From Candidatus Bipolaricaulia bacterium (GTDB lineage: Bacteria > Bipolaricaulota > Bipolaricaulia > RBG-16-55-9), in NCBI GenBank assembly GCA_042219045.1, contig JBDGQO010000004.1:2975-47677 (forward strand): 44,703 nt of DNA, in the 5' to 3' direction. Both the position numbers and the translations under genes were made by a program. Below the pieces are notes generated by a model, which made no database searches, was not told the DNA's origin, and saw only the letters and a list, made by a program, of their open reading frames with translations. Within the stretch, counting starts at the first letter, position 1, and the number at the start of each line of letters is the position of its first letter. Shown here one piece after another: positions 16,641-27,113 of this stretch.

Positions 16641-18144
16641 TGGCGGATCGCTCCTCGTCGGCATGAGAGGAGCCGTCGGCTTGGCGCCGCAGCGCCGGGA
16701 AGAGGATCACGTCGCGGATTGACGGCGAATCCGTAAACAACATCGCCAGCCGGTCGACGCCGATCCCGAGCCCGCCCGTCGGCGGCATGCCGTGTTCCAT
16801 GGCTTCAATGAAATCCTCGTCGAGCTCTTGGGCCTCCTCGTCGCCGTGTTCGCGCTGGGCCCGCTGATCGAGAAATCTCTCTCGCTGGTCAATGGGATCG
16901 TTCAGCTCGGTGAACGCGTTGCCGATTTCGCGCCCGATGACGAAGACCTCAAAGCGTTCCACGAGATGGGAAGCGTCCGACTTCTGCTTGGCAAGCGGCG
17001 AAATTTCCAACGGGTAGTCCTTGAGGAACGTCGGCTGGACGAGATCGGGCTCCACGTATTCGCTCAACAGCTCATCCACGAGGCCGCCCCAGGTCGGCTT
17101 CGACTCGACGCTCAGCCCAGCGTCGCGAATCGCGCCCGTCAGGCTGTCGTGATCGGCGTGGGTCTCGATGTCGATCTCCGTCTTTTGGCGGATCGCCTCG
17201 TGCAGCGTCAGCCGAGGCCACGGCGGCGTCAAATCAATCTCCTGTCCTTGATATTCCAGCGTCGGCTTGCCGAGGGACTGCGCCATATGGAAAACCAGCT
17301 GTTCCGTGAGCGCCATCATGTCCTCGTAGTCGGCGTATGCTTGGTAGCACTCCATCATGGTGAATTCGGGGTTGTGCTTGGCCGAGACGCCTTCGTTCCG
17401 GAAGTTGTGGCCGATCTCGTAGACCTTTTCGAGGCCACCAACGATGAGGCGCTTCAGATAGAGCTCGTCGGAGATGCGCAGATAAAGCGTCTGGTCGAGC
17501 TCGTTGTGATACGTCGTGAACGGCCGCGCGAAGGCGCCCCCATAGAGAGGCTGCAAGACGGGCGTTTCGACTTCCAGAAACCCCTCATCGTCGAGGCAAT
17601 CGCGCATCGCCCGGATCATGCGGGAGCGTGTCCGGAACACCTCGCGAACGTCGGGATTGGCGATCAGGTCGAGATAGCGCCGTCGGTAGCGGGCCTCGAC
17701 GTTCTTGAGCCCTTGCCACTTTTCCGGGAGGGGCCGCAGCGCTTTGGCCAAGAGCGTCAGGTCGTCAATCTTAACGGAAAGTTCGCCCCGCTTGGTGCGG
17801 AAGACGATCCCGGATGCGCCGACGATGTCGCCGATCTCGATCTCGGTGAAGTGCTCGTAGAGGGCTTCGTCGAGGTCGTCCTTGGCGGCGAAGAGTTGGA
17901 TCTGGCTTTGCTCGTCCCGAACGTCCAGGAACGAGAGGCCCCCCATGACGCGCCGACCGACAACGCGGCCGGCGATCCGGACATGATGATTGCTCTCTTC
18001 GCCCGACTCCAGATGGCTGAACCGGGCATGGATCGCGGCGATGTCCGTGTTGCGCTCGTAGCGCGTCTGCTCGAACGGATCGATGCCGCGCTCGCGCAGC
18101 GCCGCGAGCTTCTGGCGTCGCTCCTCACGCAGGGTGTCCGACAC
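16630..18144 (-). CDS. lysS: Lysine-tRNA ligase (class II)
   Basis: OB anticodon domain; YRRRYLDL, EVETPVL, FRNEG...HNPEFTMME, GMPPTGGLGIGVDRL. Confidence 0.98.
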   Translation of the reverse strand: MSDTLREERRQKLAALRERGIDPFEQTRYERNTDIAAIHARFSHLESGEESNHHVRIAGRVVGRRVMGGLSFLDVRDEQSQIQLFAAKDDLDEALYEHFTEIEIGDIVGASGIVFRTKRGELSVKIDDLTLLAKALRPLPEKWQGLKNVEARYRRRYLDLIANPDVREVFRTRSRMIRAMRDCLDDEGFLEVETPVLQPLYGGAFARPFTTYHNELDQTLYLRISDELYLKRLIVGGLEKVYEIGHNFRNEGVSAKHNPEFTMMECYQAYADYEDMMALTEQLVFHMAQSLGKPTLEYQGQEIDLTPPWPRLTLHEAIRQKTEIDIETHADHDSLTGAIRDAGLSVESKPTWGGLVDELLSEYVEPDLVQPTFLKDYPLEISPLAKQKSDASHLVERFEVFVIGREIGNAFTELNDPIDQRERFLDQRAQREHGDEEAQELDEDFIEAMEHGMPPTGGLGIGVDRLAMLFTDSPSIRDVILFPALRRQADGSSHADEERSANGE

Positions 18145-18146
18145 GG

Positions 18147-18647
18147 TCAGTTTCTCCGGCGGATCCCGACGACCTTGTAGCGGCTTGTGCCGCCCGGCGT
18201 CTCCAACTCAACCTCGGCACCGCGCTCCTGGCCCTTGAGCGCCTTGCCCAACGGCGATTGCGTGGAGATCTTGTTGGCCTCAAGGTCGGCCTCGGCCGGA
18301 TCGACGAGCTCAAAGACGATCTCCTCGTCGGTGTCGAGGTTCTTGAGCGTGACCCAGTTGCCGATGCTCACTTCCTTGTTGCTGATGTTGTCCTCGGCGA
18401 TGATCTGGGCCCGATCGAGGAGTTCCTCCAACCGCCGGACCTCGGTCTCGTAGAACTCCTTCTGGTTCTGCAAGTCGATGAACTCCTTGTTCTCGCGGAG
18501 CTCGCCGCCGTGTTCCTTGGCGGTCTTGAGGCGCTGGGGCAAATCCTCGTAGAGAATATGGCGGTATTGCTCGAGCTGTTTCTTCTTCAGGTCGTAGCCC
18601 TCTTGCGTCAGCAATATCTCTTCGTGCTCGTCGATCAGTTCTGCCAC
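18147..18647 (-). CDS. greA: Transcription elongation factor GreA family
   Basis: LTQEGY, HGGELRENKEF, KISTQSPLGKAL, ETPGG; SD AAGGAGG. Confidence 0.92.
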   Translation of the reverse strand: MAELIDEHEEILLTQEGYDLKKKQLEQYRHILYEDLPQRLKTAKEHGGELRENKEFIDLQNQKEFYETEVRRLEELLDRAQIIAEDNISNKEVSIGNWVTLKNLDTDEEIVFELVDPAEADLEANKISTQSPLGKALKGQERGAEVELETPGGTSRYKVVGIRRRN

Positions 18648-18734
18648 TGTGGGTCTCCTCCTTATGCGACATTCCCCACTCGGCGTGTCTCCAACAAGGC
18701 GATAAGGGAATGCGGGGCCGGCCGAAGTGGATGA

Positions 18735-18764
18735 ATCATATCAACCGAGCCGGGTTAAATGCAA
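18735..18764 (-). promoter_or_regulatory. Putative greA promoter
   Basis: TTGCAT-18 bp-TATGAT with TGn extension. Confidence 0.55.
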
Positions 18765-18778
18765 CAGAATCTCACGGT

Positions 18779-19183
18779 TTAAGCGGTTTCGTCGCGCGAG
18801 ATGGCGTTGAACCGAGCGCTCTGGAAATACTGGCCGTTCAAATGGACGCGGAACTCGTACTTGCCCGGCTCCGGGATCTCCACGTTCGGAAGGTTGATGG
18901 CGAATTCGACGGTCTGATCCCGTTGGGCCACGTGGATGTTGCCGGAGGCGTCGCCGAGGACGCTCTGATCGTCGACCTTCAGGTATTCCACCCGCACGTC
19001 GTAATCGCCTTGGGCGTCGTAGAAACGGGCATACAGCGCGATCGGGCCGTGCTGGGTGGGAAACTCGTTCACCCAAATGTGGTCGAAGACGCCGATCAGG
19101 GACTTCTTTTTGGTGTGCTCGTCGGTCAAGACCTGATCGCAGATCAAGCAGGCCAAGGGCACCGGTGGCAATGCGTCACTCAT
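18779..19183 (-). CDS. Hypothetical beta-sandwich protein (DUF6941-like)
   Basis: LICDQVLTDEHTKKKSLIGVFD...FP...PGKYEFRV pattern; coupled to rnpA. Confidence 0.75.
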   Translation of the reverse strand: MSDALPPVPLACLICDQVLTDEHTKKKSLIGVFDHIWVNEFPTQHGPIALYARFYDAQGDYDVRVEYLKVDDQSVLGDASGNIHVAQRDQTVEFAINLPNVEIPEPGKYEFRVHLNGQYFQSARFNAISRDETA

Positions 19184-19556
19184 GCGCTTGACTCCTTTCC
19201 TCGAACCGCTTACGCAATGCGCTCGTCAGCTGGTCCAGTTGGTCGCTTAGTGCGTCGTAATCCAGCTTGGACGCGGGCGGTTTCGCTTGCACCACCACGT
19301 CCCAACCCCAAACGTGGGGCTTGTGCGTGCGGAACCACTCGCGGACTCGTCGCTTCACCCGGTTGCGCACAATGGCCGTACCGACCTTTGTGCCGACCGA
19401 CAGCCCGAGCCGCGGGCGATCGTCCCGCGCCGGATCCTGGCGGGGCAACACGAACACCCGCAGGCTTGACGTCTTGGCCATCAGGCCGTTGCGATAGACG
19501 CGCTCGAAGTCCCGTCGATTCCGCAACCGATGCTCGGGCCCAAAGCACTCGTCCAT
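19176..19556 (-). CDS. rnpA: Ribonuclease P protein component
   Basis: RLRNRRDFERVY, RLGLSVGTKVGTAIVRNRVKRRVRE (RNR motif). Confidence 0.93.
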   Translation of the reverse strand: MDECFGPEHRLRNRRDFERVYRNGLMAKTSSLRVFVLPRQDPARDDRPRLGLSVGTKVGTAIVRNRVKRRVREWFRTHKPHVWGWDVVVQAKPPASKLDYDALSDQLDQLTSALRKRFEERSQAHE

Positions 19557-19632
19557 CGCCGCGCGTATCATGGCCCACCCGACGCGGCCATGCAACGTCG
19601 CTCGGCATGATCTCGGGCGTTGTCCGCTTCCC

Positions 19633-19662
19633 TTGCCGCGTGACGTGGCGTCACGCTACAAT
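19633..19662 (+). promoter_or_regulatory. serS promoter with palindromic spacer
   Basis: TTGCCG-18 bp-TACAAT; the spacer is filled by GCGTGACG-tgg-CGTCACGC. Confidence 0.55.
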
Positions 19663-19757
19663 GGCGCGTCCGTCGGCCACGGGTGACGCGTGCGAGCGCC
19701 AACCACACGACGAGGCCGACCGAAGCCAATACTCCGACGGAGACAGGGGGACGGCCC

Positions 19758-21041
19758 ATGCTGGACCTGAATGCCATTCGGCAAAACCCGGACGAGATCC
19801 AACGACGGCTCCAGACGCGCGATCCGGACATTCGACTGGACGAGATCTCGCGCTTGGACGCACGCCGCCGCGAGATCATCCAGGAAGGGGAGCAGCTGAA
19901 ACGCCGACGTAACGAGGCCTCCGAAGAGATCGCGCAGCTCAAACGCGACGGCGACGAGGACGCCGCACAGCGCCGCATCGCGGAGACCAAGGAGATCTCC
20001 GATCGCATCAAGGCGATCGACGATGAGCTCGGCGAGGTCGAATCCGATCTGAACGATCGCCTGGCGCGGTTGCCCAATATCCCTTACGACGACGTGCCCG
20101 CCAGCCTCGATGAAGCCGACAAGGTCGTCGTGTGCGAGCACGGCGAGCCGCCGAATCTGGACGTTGAGCCCGAGCATCACCTCGATCTGGGCGAGCGGCT
20201 CGGCCTGCTCGACTTTCCGAGGGCCGCGCGCATTGCGGGATCACGCTTTCCCATGTACGTCGGCTGGGGAGCGCGTCTGGAGATGGGGCTGATCCAGTTC
20301 TTCTGGGATTTCAACTTCCATCAATCGGGGTATGCGCCCATCATACCCCCGTTTTTGGGCAACAGCGCGTCGATGTTCACCGCCGCGCAGCTCCCCAAGT
20401 TCCGAGACGACGTCTACCACATCGAGACGGACGATCTGTTTCTGAACCCCACGTCGGAGACGATCCTCTGCAACCTCCATCGCGACGAGATCCTCGACGC
20501 CGAGCAGTTGCCGCTCAAGTATGCGGCCTACACGACGTGCTTCCGGCGCGAGGCGGGCGCCGCGGGCGAGGAGGAGCGCGGCCTCATCCGCATGCATCAG
20601 TTCAACAAGGTCGAACTGTTCAAGTTCACGGATGCGGAAAGCTCCGACGACGAGCTGGCGAGCTTGGTGGCAGACGCCGAGGCCGTGCTCCAGGAATTGG
20701 GGCTCCACTACCGCGTCGTCCTGCTGCCGACCGGCGACATGGCCGGCCAATCCGCGAAGACCTACGACATCGAGGTCTGGGTCCCCTCCACCGGGCGCTA
20801 TCACGAGGTCTCCTCCGTCAGCAACTGCACGGACTATCAGGCCCGACGCGGCGACATCCGCTACCGGCCGGATCCCGACGCCAAGCCCGAGTTCGTCCAC
20901 ACGCTGAACGGGTCCGGCTTGGCCACGTCGCGTCTCATGGCGTCCATACTGGAGACGAAGCAGCAGGCCGACGGCTCGGTCATCGTGCCCGAGGTGCTGC
21001 GCCCGTACGTCGGGACCTCGACGATCGGCCATCAGGAGTGA
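19758..21041 (+). CDS. serS: Serine-tRNA ligase
   Basis: MLDLNAIR, LPNIP, PTSET, CFRREAG, GLIRMHQFNKVE, EVSSVSNCTDYQARR, HTLNGSGLA. Confidence 0.98.
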   Translation: MLDLNAIRQNPDEIQRRLQTRDPDIRLDEISRLDARRREIIQEGEQLKRRRNEASEEIAQLKRDGDEDAAQRRIAETKEISDRIKAIDDELGEVESDLNDRLARLPNIPYDDVPASLDEADKVVVCEHGEPPNLDVEPEHHLDLGERLGLLDFPRAARIAGSRFPMYVGWGARLEMGLIQFFWDFNFHQSGYAPIIPPFLGNSASMFTAAQLPKFRDDVYHIETDDLFLNPTSETILCNLHRDEILDAEQLPLKYAAYTTCFRREAGAAGEEERGLIRMHQFNKVELFKFTDAESSDDELASLVADAEAVLQELGLHYRVVLLPTGDMAGQSAKTYDIEVWVPSTGRYHEVSSVSNCTDYQARRGDIRYRPDPDAKPEFVHTLNGSGLATSRLMASILETKQQADGSVIVPEVLRPYVGTSTIGHQE

Positions 21042-21045
21042 GCCC

Positions 21046-22632
21046 ATGCGGACGGCCATCGGGCTCGTCGTCGGCCTGGTGCTCGCGGTGGCGCTATGGA
21101 ACGGACCGGCGACGGCCCAGCAGACGCCCTCGCAAGCGAAGCCGGACCTGGTGCCCGTGGATCTGGCCGTCGAGCCCGCGGACGCGGAGCCGGGGGATTC
21201 CGCGCAGATCGTCGCGACAATGGCGAACCGGGGCGAGAACAACGCCGGCAGCTTTTGGGCGCGACTGCGAGTGGACGGCGAACTCCATAATGCTCGGCTT
21301 GTGTCGGGATTGGATTCGGGAGAGCGCTTCACCTGGCGCATGCCTTGGGTCGTCAAGCCAGAGGCCGGTGAGCTCCAGTTGCGGGTGGATGCGACCGATC
21401 GCGTCGCTGAGTCCGACGAGACGAACAACGAGGTCACGACCGAGATCGGCTTCGCAGCCGATCTGGAACTGTCACGTCTGACGTTGGAGCCACGCTTCCC
21501 CGAGCCGGGCGACGCTGTCCAGGTTCAAGCGACGGTCCGCAATCCGAGCCAGCTTGGCGTCAACCGATCGTTTGCCGTGGAGATTCGGGTGGCCCGCAGC
21601 ACAATTGCGACCCGCTTCGTGCAGCAATTGCCCGCGGGCTCGTCAACGACGGTGGCGGCGTCGTGGACGGCCAAGGCCGGTGCCCAGCTCGTGCGGGCGA
21701 CGGCTGACGGGTTTGACCGCATTGCGGAACTGAACCCCGATAACAACGGGGCGTTTCTGCGGGTTGATGTCTCCGAGCGCGAGTCGACGAGCGCCGACCT
21801 CGCGGTTCGCGACGTCCGGTTGGAGCCCAGCGACGCTGAGCCGGGCGATCGAGTGAGCGTGCAAGCCACGGTGATCAATACGGGCAACGGTGACGCCCGC
21901 GCGTTCAAGGTCGGGTTCTGGGCGGACGGCCGCGACGTCGGTCAGACGACCGTGCCCGGGTTGGCGTCCGCGGCGTCGACGGTCGTCAGCTTGAATTGGG
22001 CGACAGAAGCGGGCCAGCGGCGCCTGCGCGTTCAAGCCGACGCCGATCATGTCGTGCCCGAAGCCGACGAGACCAACAACGGCAGCGCTTTGACGAGCAA
22101 CTTCGGGGCAACGTTGGAAGGCTGCGGCCAGCTCGTCCATCTCCGCCTGCGGTCAGGCGCCGTCGACGGGTTTATGGCGATCACCGGGCTGGGGCCCGAG
22201 GCGATCCGCAACCTCGTTTTTCCGAAGACCAAGCGAATCATGGAAACCCAATACGATGGGATCAACGTCCGGTTCGTCTACGAACGTCCGGGCGAGCGCC
22301 ATGGCACCGTCGCCTTTCGCGGCGACGACGAGTCCCCGATCCTGGGGCAAGCGCCGATCGGATTGCGGTTCAACACCGGCAACGTCTTCCTGGGAAGCTT
22401 CGTTGAGTTCGGGCTCGGCTCGTTCGCGGTCTCGCGCATTCCCATCCTGGTGGGGACCGTGGCCTCGCATGAGCTGGGGCACATGTTCGGCCTCAGGCAT
22501 CCCGATCAGCCACAGGGCGGCATCATGGACGCCAGCACCCAGCTCTCGCCCGTCCCCGGCGATACGGTGCCGCGCTTTCGTGATGAGGCCCGCAAGCAAC
22601 TGGAGAGCCTACTCCCGATGGCCTGCAATTGA
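21046..22632 (+). CDS. Secreted CARDB-repeat zinc metallopeptidase
   Basis: Signal peptide; three CARDB units (PDL...ESDETNN, ELNPDNN, EADETNN); HELGHMFGLRH plus a Met-turn (GIMD). Confidence 0.87.
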   Translation: MRTAIGLVVGLVLAVALWNGPATAQQTPSQAKPDLVPVDLAVEPADAEPGDSAQIVATMANRGENNAGSFWARLRVDGELHNARLVSGLDSGERFTWRMPWVVKPEAGELQLRVDATDRVAESDETNNEVTTEIGFAADLELSRLTLEPRFPEPGDAVQVQATVRNPSQLGVNRSFAVEIRVARSTIATRFVQQLPAGSSTTVAASWTAKAGAQLVRATADGFDRIAELNPDNNGAFLRVDVSERESTSADLAVRDVRLEPSDAEPGDRVSVQATVINTGNGDARAFKVGFWADGRDVGQTTVPGLASAASTVVSLNWATEAGQRRLRVQADADHVVPEADETNNGSALTSNFGATLEGCGQLVHLRLRSGAVDGFMAITGLGPEAIRNLVFPKTKRIMETQYDGINVRFVYERPGERHGTVAFRGDDESPILGQAPIGLRFNTGNVFLGSFVEFGLGSFAVSRIPILVGTVASHELGHMFGLRHPDQPQGGIMDASTQLSPVPGDTVPRFRDEARKQLESLLPMACN

Positions 22633-22674
22633 GCAAAGCCAAAACGATAGCCGTGGTGAGAAAGGAGCCCGGAT

Positions 22675-23847
22675 TTGGCGATCGAGCTTGGCCGTTCCCA
22701 TGAGACGCTGACCCGTTATCGAGACGAGTTCCCCATTCTCGACCGGACGACCTATCTGAACAGTTGCTCGCTGGGAGCGCTGTCGCAACGCTCCATGGAT
22801 GCGATGGGCGAGTTCATGGAGCTCTGGAACAGCTATGGCGCGTCGGCTTGGTACGAGATCTGGTGGAGAGAACTCCAGAACGTGCGAGACGCGTTTGCCG
22901 AGCTGATCGGCGCGGGCGGCCATGAGGTCGCGATCCAACCGAACGTCTCCGTGGCGCTCAGCTCCATCGCCAGCGCGCTCGATTTCCACGAGCGCCCCAA
23001 GGTCGTCATGACCGAGCTGGATTTTCCCACAGTGTTTTATCAGTGGATGGTCAAGCGCAACCCCGAGATCGAGCTGATCTTCCTCGAGAGCGAGGACGGC
23101 ATCTCGGTTCCGATCGAGAAATTTGAGAACGCCATCGACGAGCGGACGGCGCTGGTGAGCACGTCGCGCGTCTTCTTCACCACGGGCTACATCCAGGACA
23201 TTGGGGCCATCACGGAGCTGGCCCACGCCCAAGGCGCCCAGGTGTGCGTCGACGATTACCAAGGAACGGGCCAAGTTCCCATCGACGTCCGGCAGCTTAA
23301 CGTCGACCATCTCGTCACGGGTGGATTGAAGTGGCTGTTGGGCGGGCCAGGGATCGCGTTCCACTACGTCCGGGAAGAACTCATCGAGCGATTGGAGCCG
23401 ACCATGACGGGCTGGTTCGCCAATGCCCATCAGTTCGAGTTCAAGCCGCAAACGTTCGCGTTCCGCGACGACGCGACCCGGTTCGAGCAAGGGACGCCGG
23501 CGCTGGCTCCCGTCTATGCCGCTCGGGGGGGCTTGGAGATCGTGCGCGAGATCGGCGTGGAGCGCCTCCGCGAGCGGACGAGCTATCTGACGACCGACCT
23601 CATCGAGCGCGCGCGCAAGCGTGGTTTCCGGCTCCGCGTGGCCGACGACGAATACGATCGGACGGGGATCGTCATGGCGGAAATGGAGGCGCCTGATCGG
23701 ATGGTGAAGGCCTTGGCCGAACGGAATATCATCGTCGACTATCGCCCTGGGGCCGTGCGGATCTCGCCCTACTTCTACAATACGACCGAGGAGAACGAGC
23801 GGATTCTGGAGGCCATTGTGGCCATCCGGGCTGCCGATTCCGGCTGA
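22675..23847 (+). CDS. Class V PLP-dependent aminotransferase (kynureninase/cysteine desulfurase-like)
   Basis: RDEFPIL...YLNSCSLG, DDYQGTG, GGLKWLLGGPG, RFEQGTP, RISPYFYN. Confidence 0.9.
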   Translation: MAIELGRSHETLTRYRDEFPILDRTTYLNSCSLGALSQRSMDAMGEFMELWNSYGASAWYEIWWRELQNVRDAFAELIGAGGHEVAIQPNVSVALSSIASALDFHERPKVVMTELDFPTVFYQWMVKRNPEIELIFLESEDGISVPIEKFENAIDERTALVSTSRVFFTTGYIQDIGAITELAHAQGAQVCVDDYQGTGQVPIDVRQLNVDHLVTGGLKWLLGGPGIAFHYVREELIERLEPTMTGWFANAHQFEFKPQTFAFRDDATRFEQGTPALAPVYAARGGLEIVREIGVERLRERTSYLTTDLIERARKRGFRLRVADDEYDRTGIVMAEMEAPDRMVKALAERNIIVDYRPGAVRISPYFYNTTEENERILEAIVAIRAADSG

Positions 23848-24001
23848 TCCAGAGCGACGGATCCCCGCTCCCCGACACGACCCGCCATCCAATCCCGTGT
23901 TTGCCCCATCCGATGCCATCCCCTTAGCCTTGGCCACGTGAGGGTCACGACATTCGACTGAAGCAAGCTACGCCAAATCCTGCAAGGGGAGGGAGCCGAC
24001 C

Positions 24002-25111
24002 ATGGCACTGACGATCAGCGCGATCAAGGCCGACGTGGGCAGCGTCGGCGGGCACACGCAGCCGAGTTCGACGATGATGGCGACCGTCCGCGACCGCATG
24101 CAGCAGGCGCAGGACGACGGCATCGTCGCCGATGCGCATACCTGGTTCACCGGCGACGACATTGCCCTGCTCATGGCCCACGACAAGGGCAAGGATCACG
24201 AGGCCATCCACGGCTTGGCCTGGTCGACCTTCGAGGCGGCCACGGAGGTGGCCCAATCGGAGAACCTCTACGGGGCCGGCCAGGATCTGTTGGAGGAAGC
24301 GCACACGGGCAACATCCACGGCTTGGGGCCCGGCGTGGCGGAGATGGAGATCGAGGTTCGCCACGGCGAGTCGTTTTTGGCGTTCGCCTGTGACAAGACC
24401 GAGCCGGGAGCGTTCAACCTGCCGCTGTATCTGTCGTTTGTGGACCCGATGAACACGGGCGGGCTCATGCTCAAGCCGAAGCTGAAGAAGGGGTTTGCCT
24501 TCCACGTCATGGACGTGGAGCCCCATGCCGACGGGCGCGTCATCCGCCTCGACACGCCCGAGGATATCTACAACCTGGCGGCGCTGCTGCGCGACGATCA
24601 TCGCTTCGTGGTGGAGCGAATCCTCTCCCGGCACGACGGATCGCAGGTGGTGGCCGCCAGCACCAGTCGTCTCCACAACATCGCCGGCAAGTACGTCGGC
24701 AAGGACGACCCGATCATGACCGTGCGCGTGCAGCAGAACTTTCCGGCCCCGGAGGAGGTCACCCAGGCCTTTACGCGGGCGCATTACGTGGGCGGCAACA
24801 CGCGTGGATCGCACAACATGCCGCTCATGCCCGTGGCGGCGAACACCTCCGCGGCGACCAACTTCTGCATTCCCATGGTCTCCTGTCTGGCGTTTTCGGT
24901 CACCGAAGCGGGCCAGTTGAGTGAGCCGGTGGATTACTTTGGCCACGCCTGCTTCGACCACGTCCGGGAGAAGGCCTATCAAAAGGCCGAGGACATCCGG
25001 ATGCAGGGGTTTGCCGGGCCGGCGATGCTGCCGATGCAGGAGCTCGAGTACGGCGGCATCACCGAGACGCTCGACGAGCTCGAGCCGCGCTTCGGGGCAC
25101 CGGTGGATTGA
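24002..25111 (+). CDS. fbp: Fructose-1,6-bisphosphate aldolase/phosphatase (class V FBPase)
   Basis: IKADVGSVGGH, LYGAGQDLL, DKTEPGAFNLP, TSRLHNIAGKYVGKDDP, RGSHNMPLMP, PAMLP.ELEY. Confidence 0.95.
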   Translation: MALTISAIKADVGSVGGHTQPSSTMMATVRDRMQQAQDDGIVADAHTWFTGDDIALLMAHDKGKDHEAIHGLAWSTFEAATEVAQSENLYGAGQDLLEEAHTGNIHGLGPGVAEMEIEVRHGESFLAFACDKTEPGAFNLPLYLSFVDPMNTGGLMLKPKLKKGFAFHVMDVEPHADGRVIRLDTPEDIYNLAALLRDDHRFVVERILSRHDGSQVVAASTSRLHNIAGKYVGKDDPIMTVRVQQNFPAPEEVTQAFTRAHYVGGNTRGSHNMPLMPVAANTSAATNFCIPMVSCLAFSVTEAGQLSEPVDYFGHACFDHVREKAYQKAEDIRMQGFAGPAMLPMQELEYGGITETLDELEPRFGAPVD

Positions 25112-25123
25112 CGACCTTGGCGA

Positions 25124-25604
25124 TTACCGGCCGTGGATCGTCCACCCGGCGCACTCGAACTGGTCCGCGGCTTCCTGCGCCAGAACGCCGGTCGTCACGG
25201 TCGGCGGGGTGGTGAACGCCGGCGCGTACTTTACCAGGCCCTCATCTTGGAGGATGTTCCAGCGCGAGTAGCCGCCCATGTCCGGAGACGAGAGCGCGAA
25301 GACCACTTCCTTGAGCTTGAGTTCGCGGATCATAAAGCTGCACATCGGGCAGGGCTCGCAGTTGGAGTAGATGACACAATCCGATAGGTCGGTTCTGTCC
25401 AGCTGGCGTTGGGCGCGTCGCATTCCCTCAACCTCGGCGTGGGCGGTCACGTCGCCGGCGTTGACGCGGTTGCGGCCTTCGACGACGGTCTCGTTATTCT
25501 GAACGATGACTGACCCGAATGGGTGGTCACCAGCGTCGATTGCCTCCTGAGCAAGTTCAATGCAGCGTCGGACAAACGGCTCGTGCGCGGAAGCGTCCAT
25601 TTCA

Positions 25605-25612
<8 letters not shown>
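25124..25612 (-). CDS. Nucleoside/tRNA deaminase family (TadA/guanine deaminase-like)
   Basis: PFGSVIV, TAHAE, EPCPMC; alternative start at 25600. Confidence 0.88.
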
Positions 25613-26045
<433 letters not shown>

Positions 26046-26072
26046 CTCGATCGCTGAGCGGCCCGATTGAGC

Positions 26073-26954
26073 TCAGCCGACGCTGGCCCGCGCGGACGTC
26101 ACGGTGTTGTTCAACAGCATCGTGATCGTCATGGGTCCGACGCCGCCGGGCACGGGCGAGATATGGCCCGCCACGTCCTTGGCGTCGTCGAAGTCGACGT
26201 CGCCCTTGAGCACGTAGCCTTTCTCGTTGTCCGCGTCCACCCGGTTGGTGCCGACGTCGATGACGACGGCGCCGTCCTTGACCATGTCGCCGGTGATGAG
26301 CCCCGTCTTGCCCGCGGCGACCACGAGGATGTCCGCGTCGCGCGTTGCCGCCGCCAGGTCCTTCGTTCGCGAGTGGCAGATGGAGACCGTCGCCTGCTTG
26401 GCCAACAGCAGCATCGCCACCGGCTTGCCGACGATGACGCTTCGGCCGATCACGACCGCGTTTTTGCCTTCGATGTCTGTGCCCGTCGACTCGATCAGTT
26501 CGATGCAACCCGCCGGCGTGCAGGGAATGAACCGGGGCAACTCGTCCCAGCGTTTGGCCGACATCAGGGCGCCCAGGTTCATGGGATGGAACCCGTCGAC
26601 GTCCTTGTCGGTGTCGACCGCGTTCAGGATGACGTCCTGGTCGATGTGGTCGGGCAAGGGGAGCTGGACGAGGATGCCATGGACTTCATCGTCCTCGTTC
26701 AGCTCATGGATCAAGCCAAGCAGCTCATCTTGGGAAATATCGGCCGGCTTCTCGATCTTTTGGGAACGAATGCCGACCTTGGCGCAGGCCTTTTCCTTCA
26801 TGCGCACGTAGACGTGGGAGGCCGGGTCCTCGCCGACGAGCACGGCTGCCAAACCGGGGGTCACGCCGTGTTGGTTCTGGAGGCCTTCGATTTCTCGGGA
26901 TAACTCGCTCCGAATTGATTCTGCCACCTGTTTGCCGTCGATGATCTCGCCCAT
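26073..26954 (-). CDS. folD: Bifunctional methylenetetrahydrofolate dehydrogenase/cyclohydrolase
   Basis: IIDGK, YVRMK, GILVQLPLP, KDVDGFHP, PCTPAG, GRSVIVGKP, PVPGGVGPMT. Confidence 0.97.
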   Translation of the reverse strand: MGEIIDGKQVAESIRSELSREIEGLQNQHGVTPGLAAVLVGEDPASHVYVRMKEKACAKVGIRSQKIEKPADISQDELLGLIHELNEDDEVHGILVQLPLPDHIDQDVILNAVDTDKDVDGFHPMNLGALMSAKRWDELPRFIPCTPAGCIELIESTGTDIEGKNAVVIGRSVIVGKPVAMLLLAKQATVSICHSRTKDLAAATRDADILVVAAGKTGLITGDMVKDGAVVIDVGTNRVDADNEKGYVLKGDVDFDDAKDVAGHISPVPGGVGPMTITMLLNNTVTSARASVG

Positions 26955-27113
26955 GGACGTATCCGCCTTTCCTTCAAAAGGGTTTGCCGGAGTGTAATCG
27001 ACGAGATTTCGCCGAGGCAAAGGCATCGATCATGCGCATTCGTGAGGGAAATGGACTTCATGGGGGGGGCAAAGGAGACCCTCGTTGTGAGTTCGGAGAA
27101 ACAGCAATGGGGG

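Noticed and set aside
16792..18180. Long antisense ORFs (e.g. 16792-18180, 14369-15640, 22609-23937, 28322-30415, 39696-41048, 43730-44686)
   Set aside because: Typical high-GC antisense shadows of well-supported genes, with no motifs of their own
19663..19757. T-box leader for serS
   Set aside because: Leader is under 100 nt with no T-box motif or terminator
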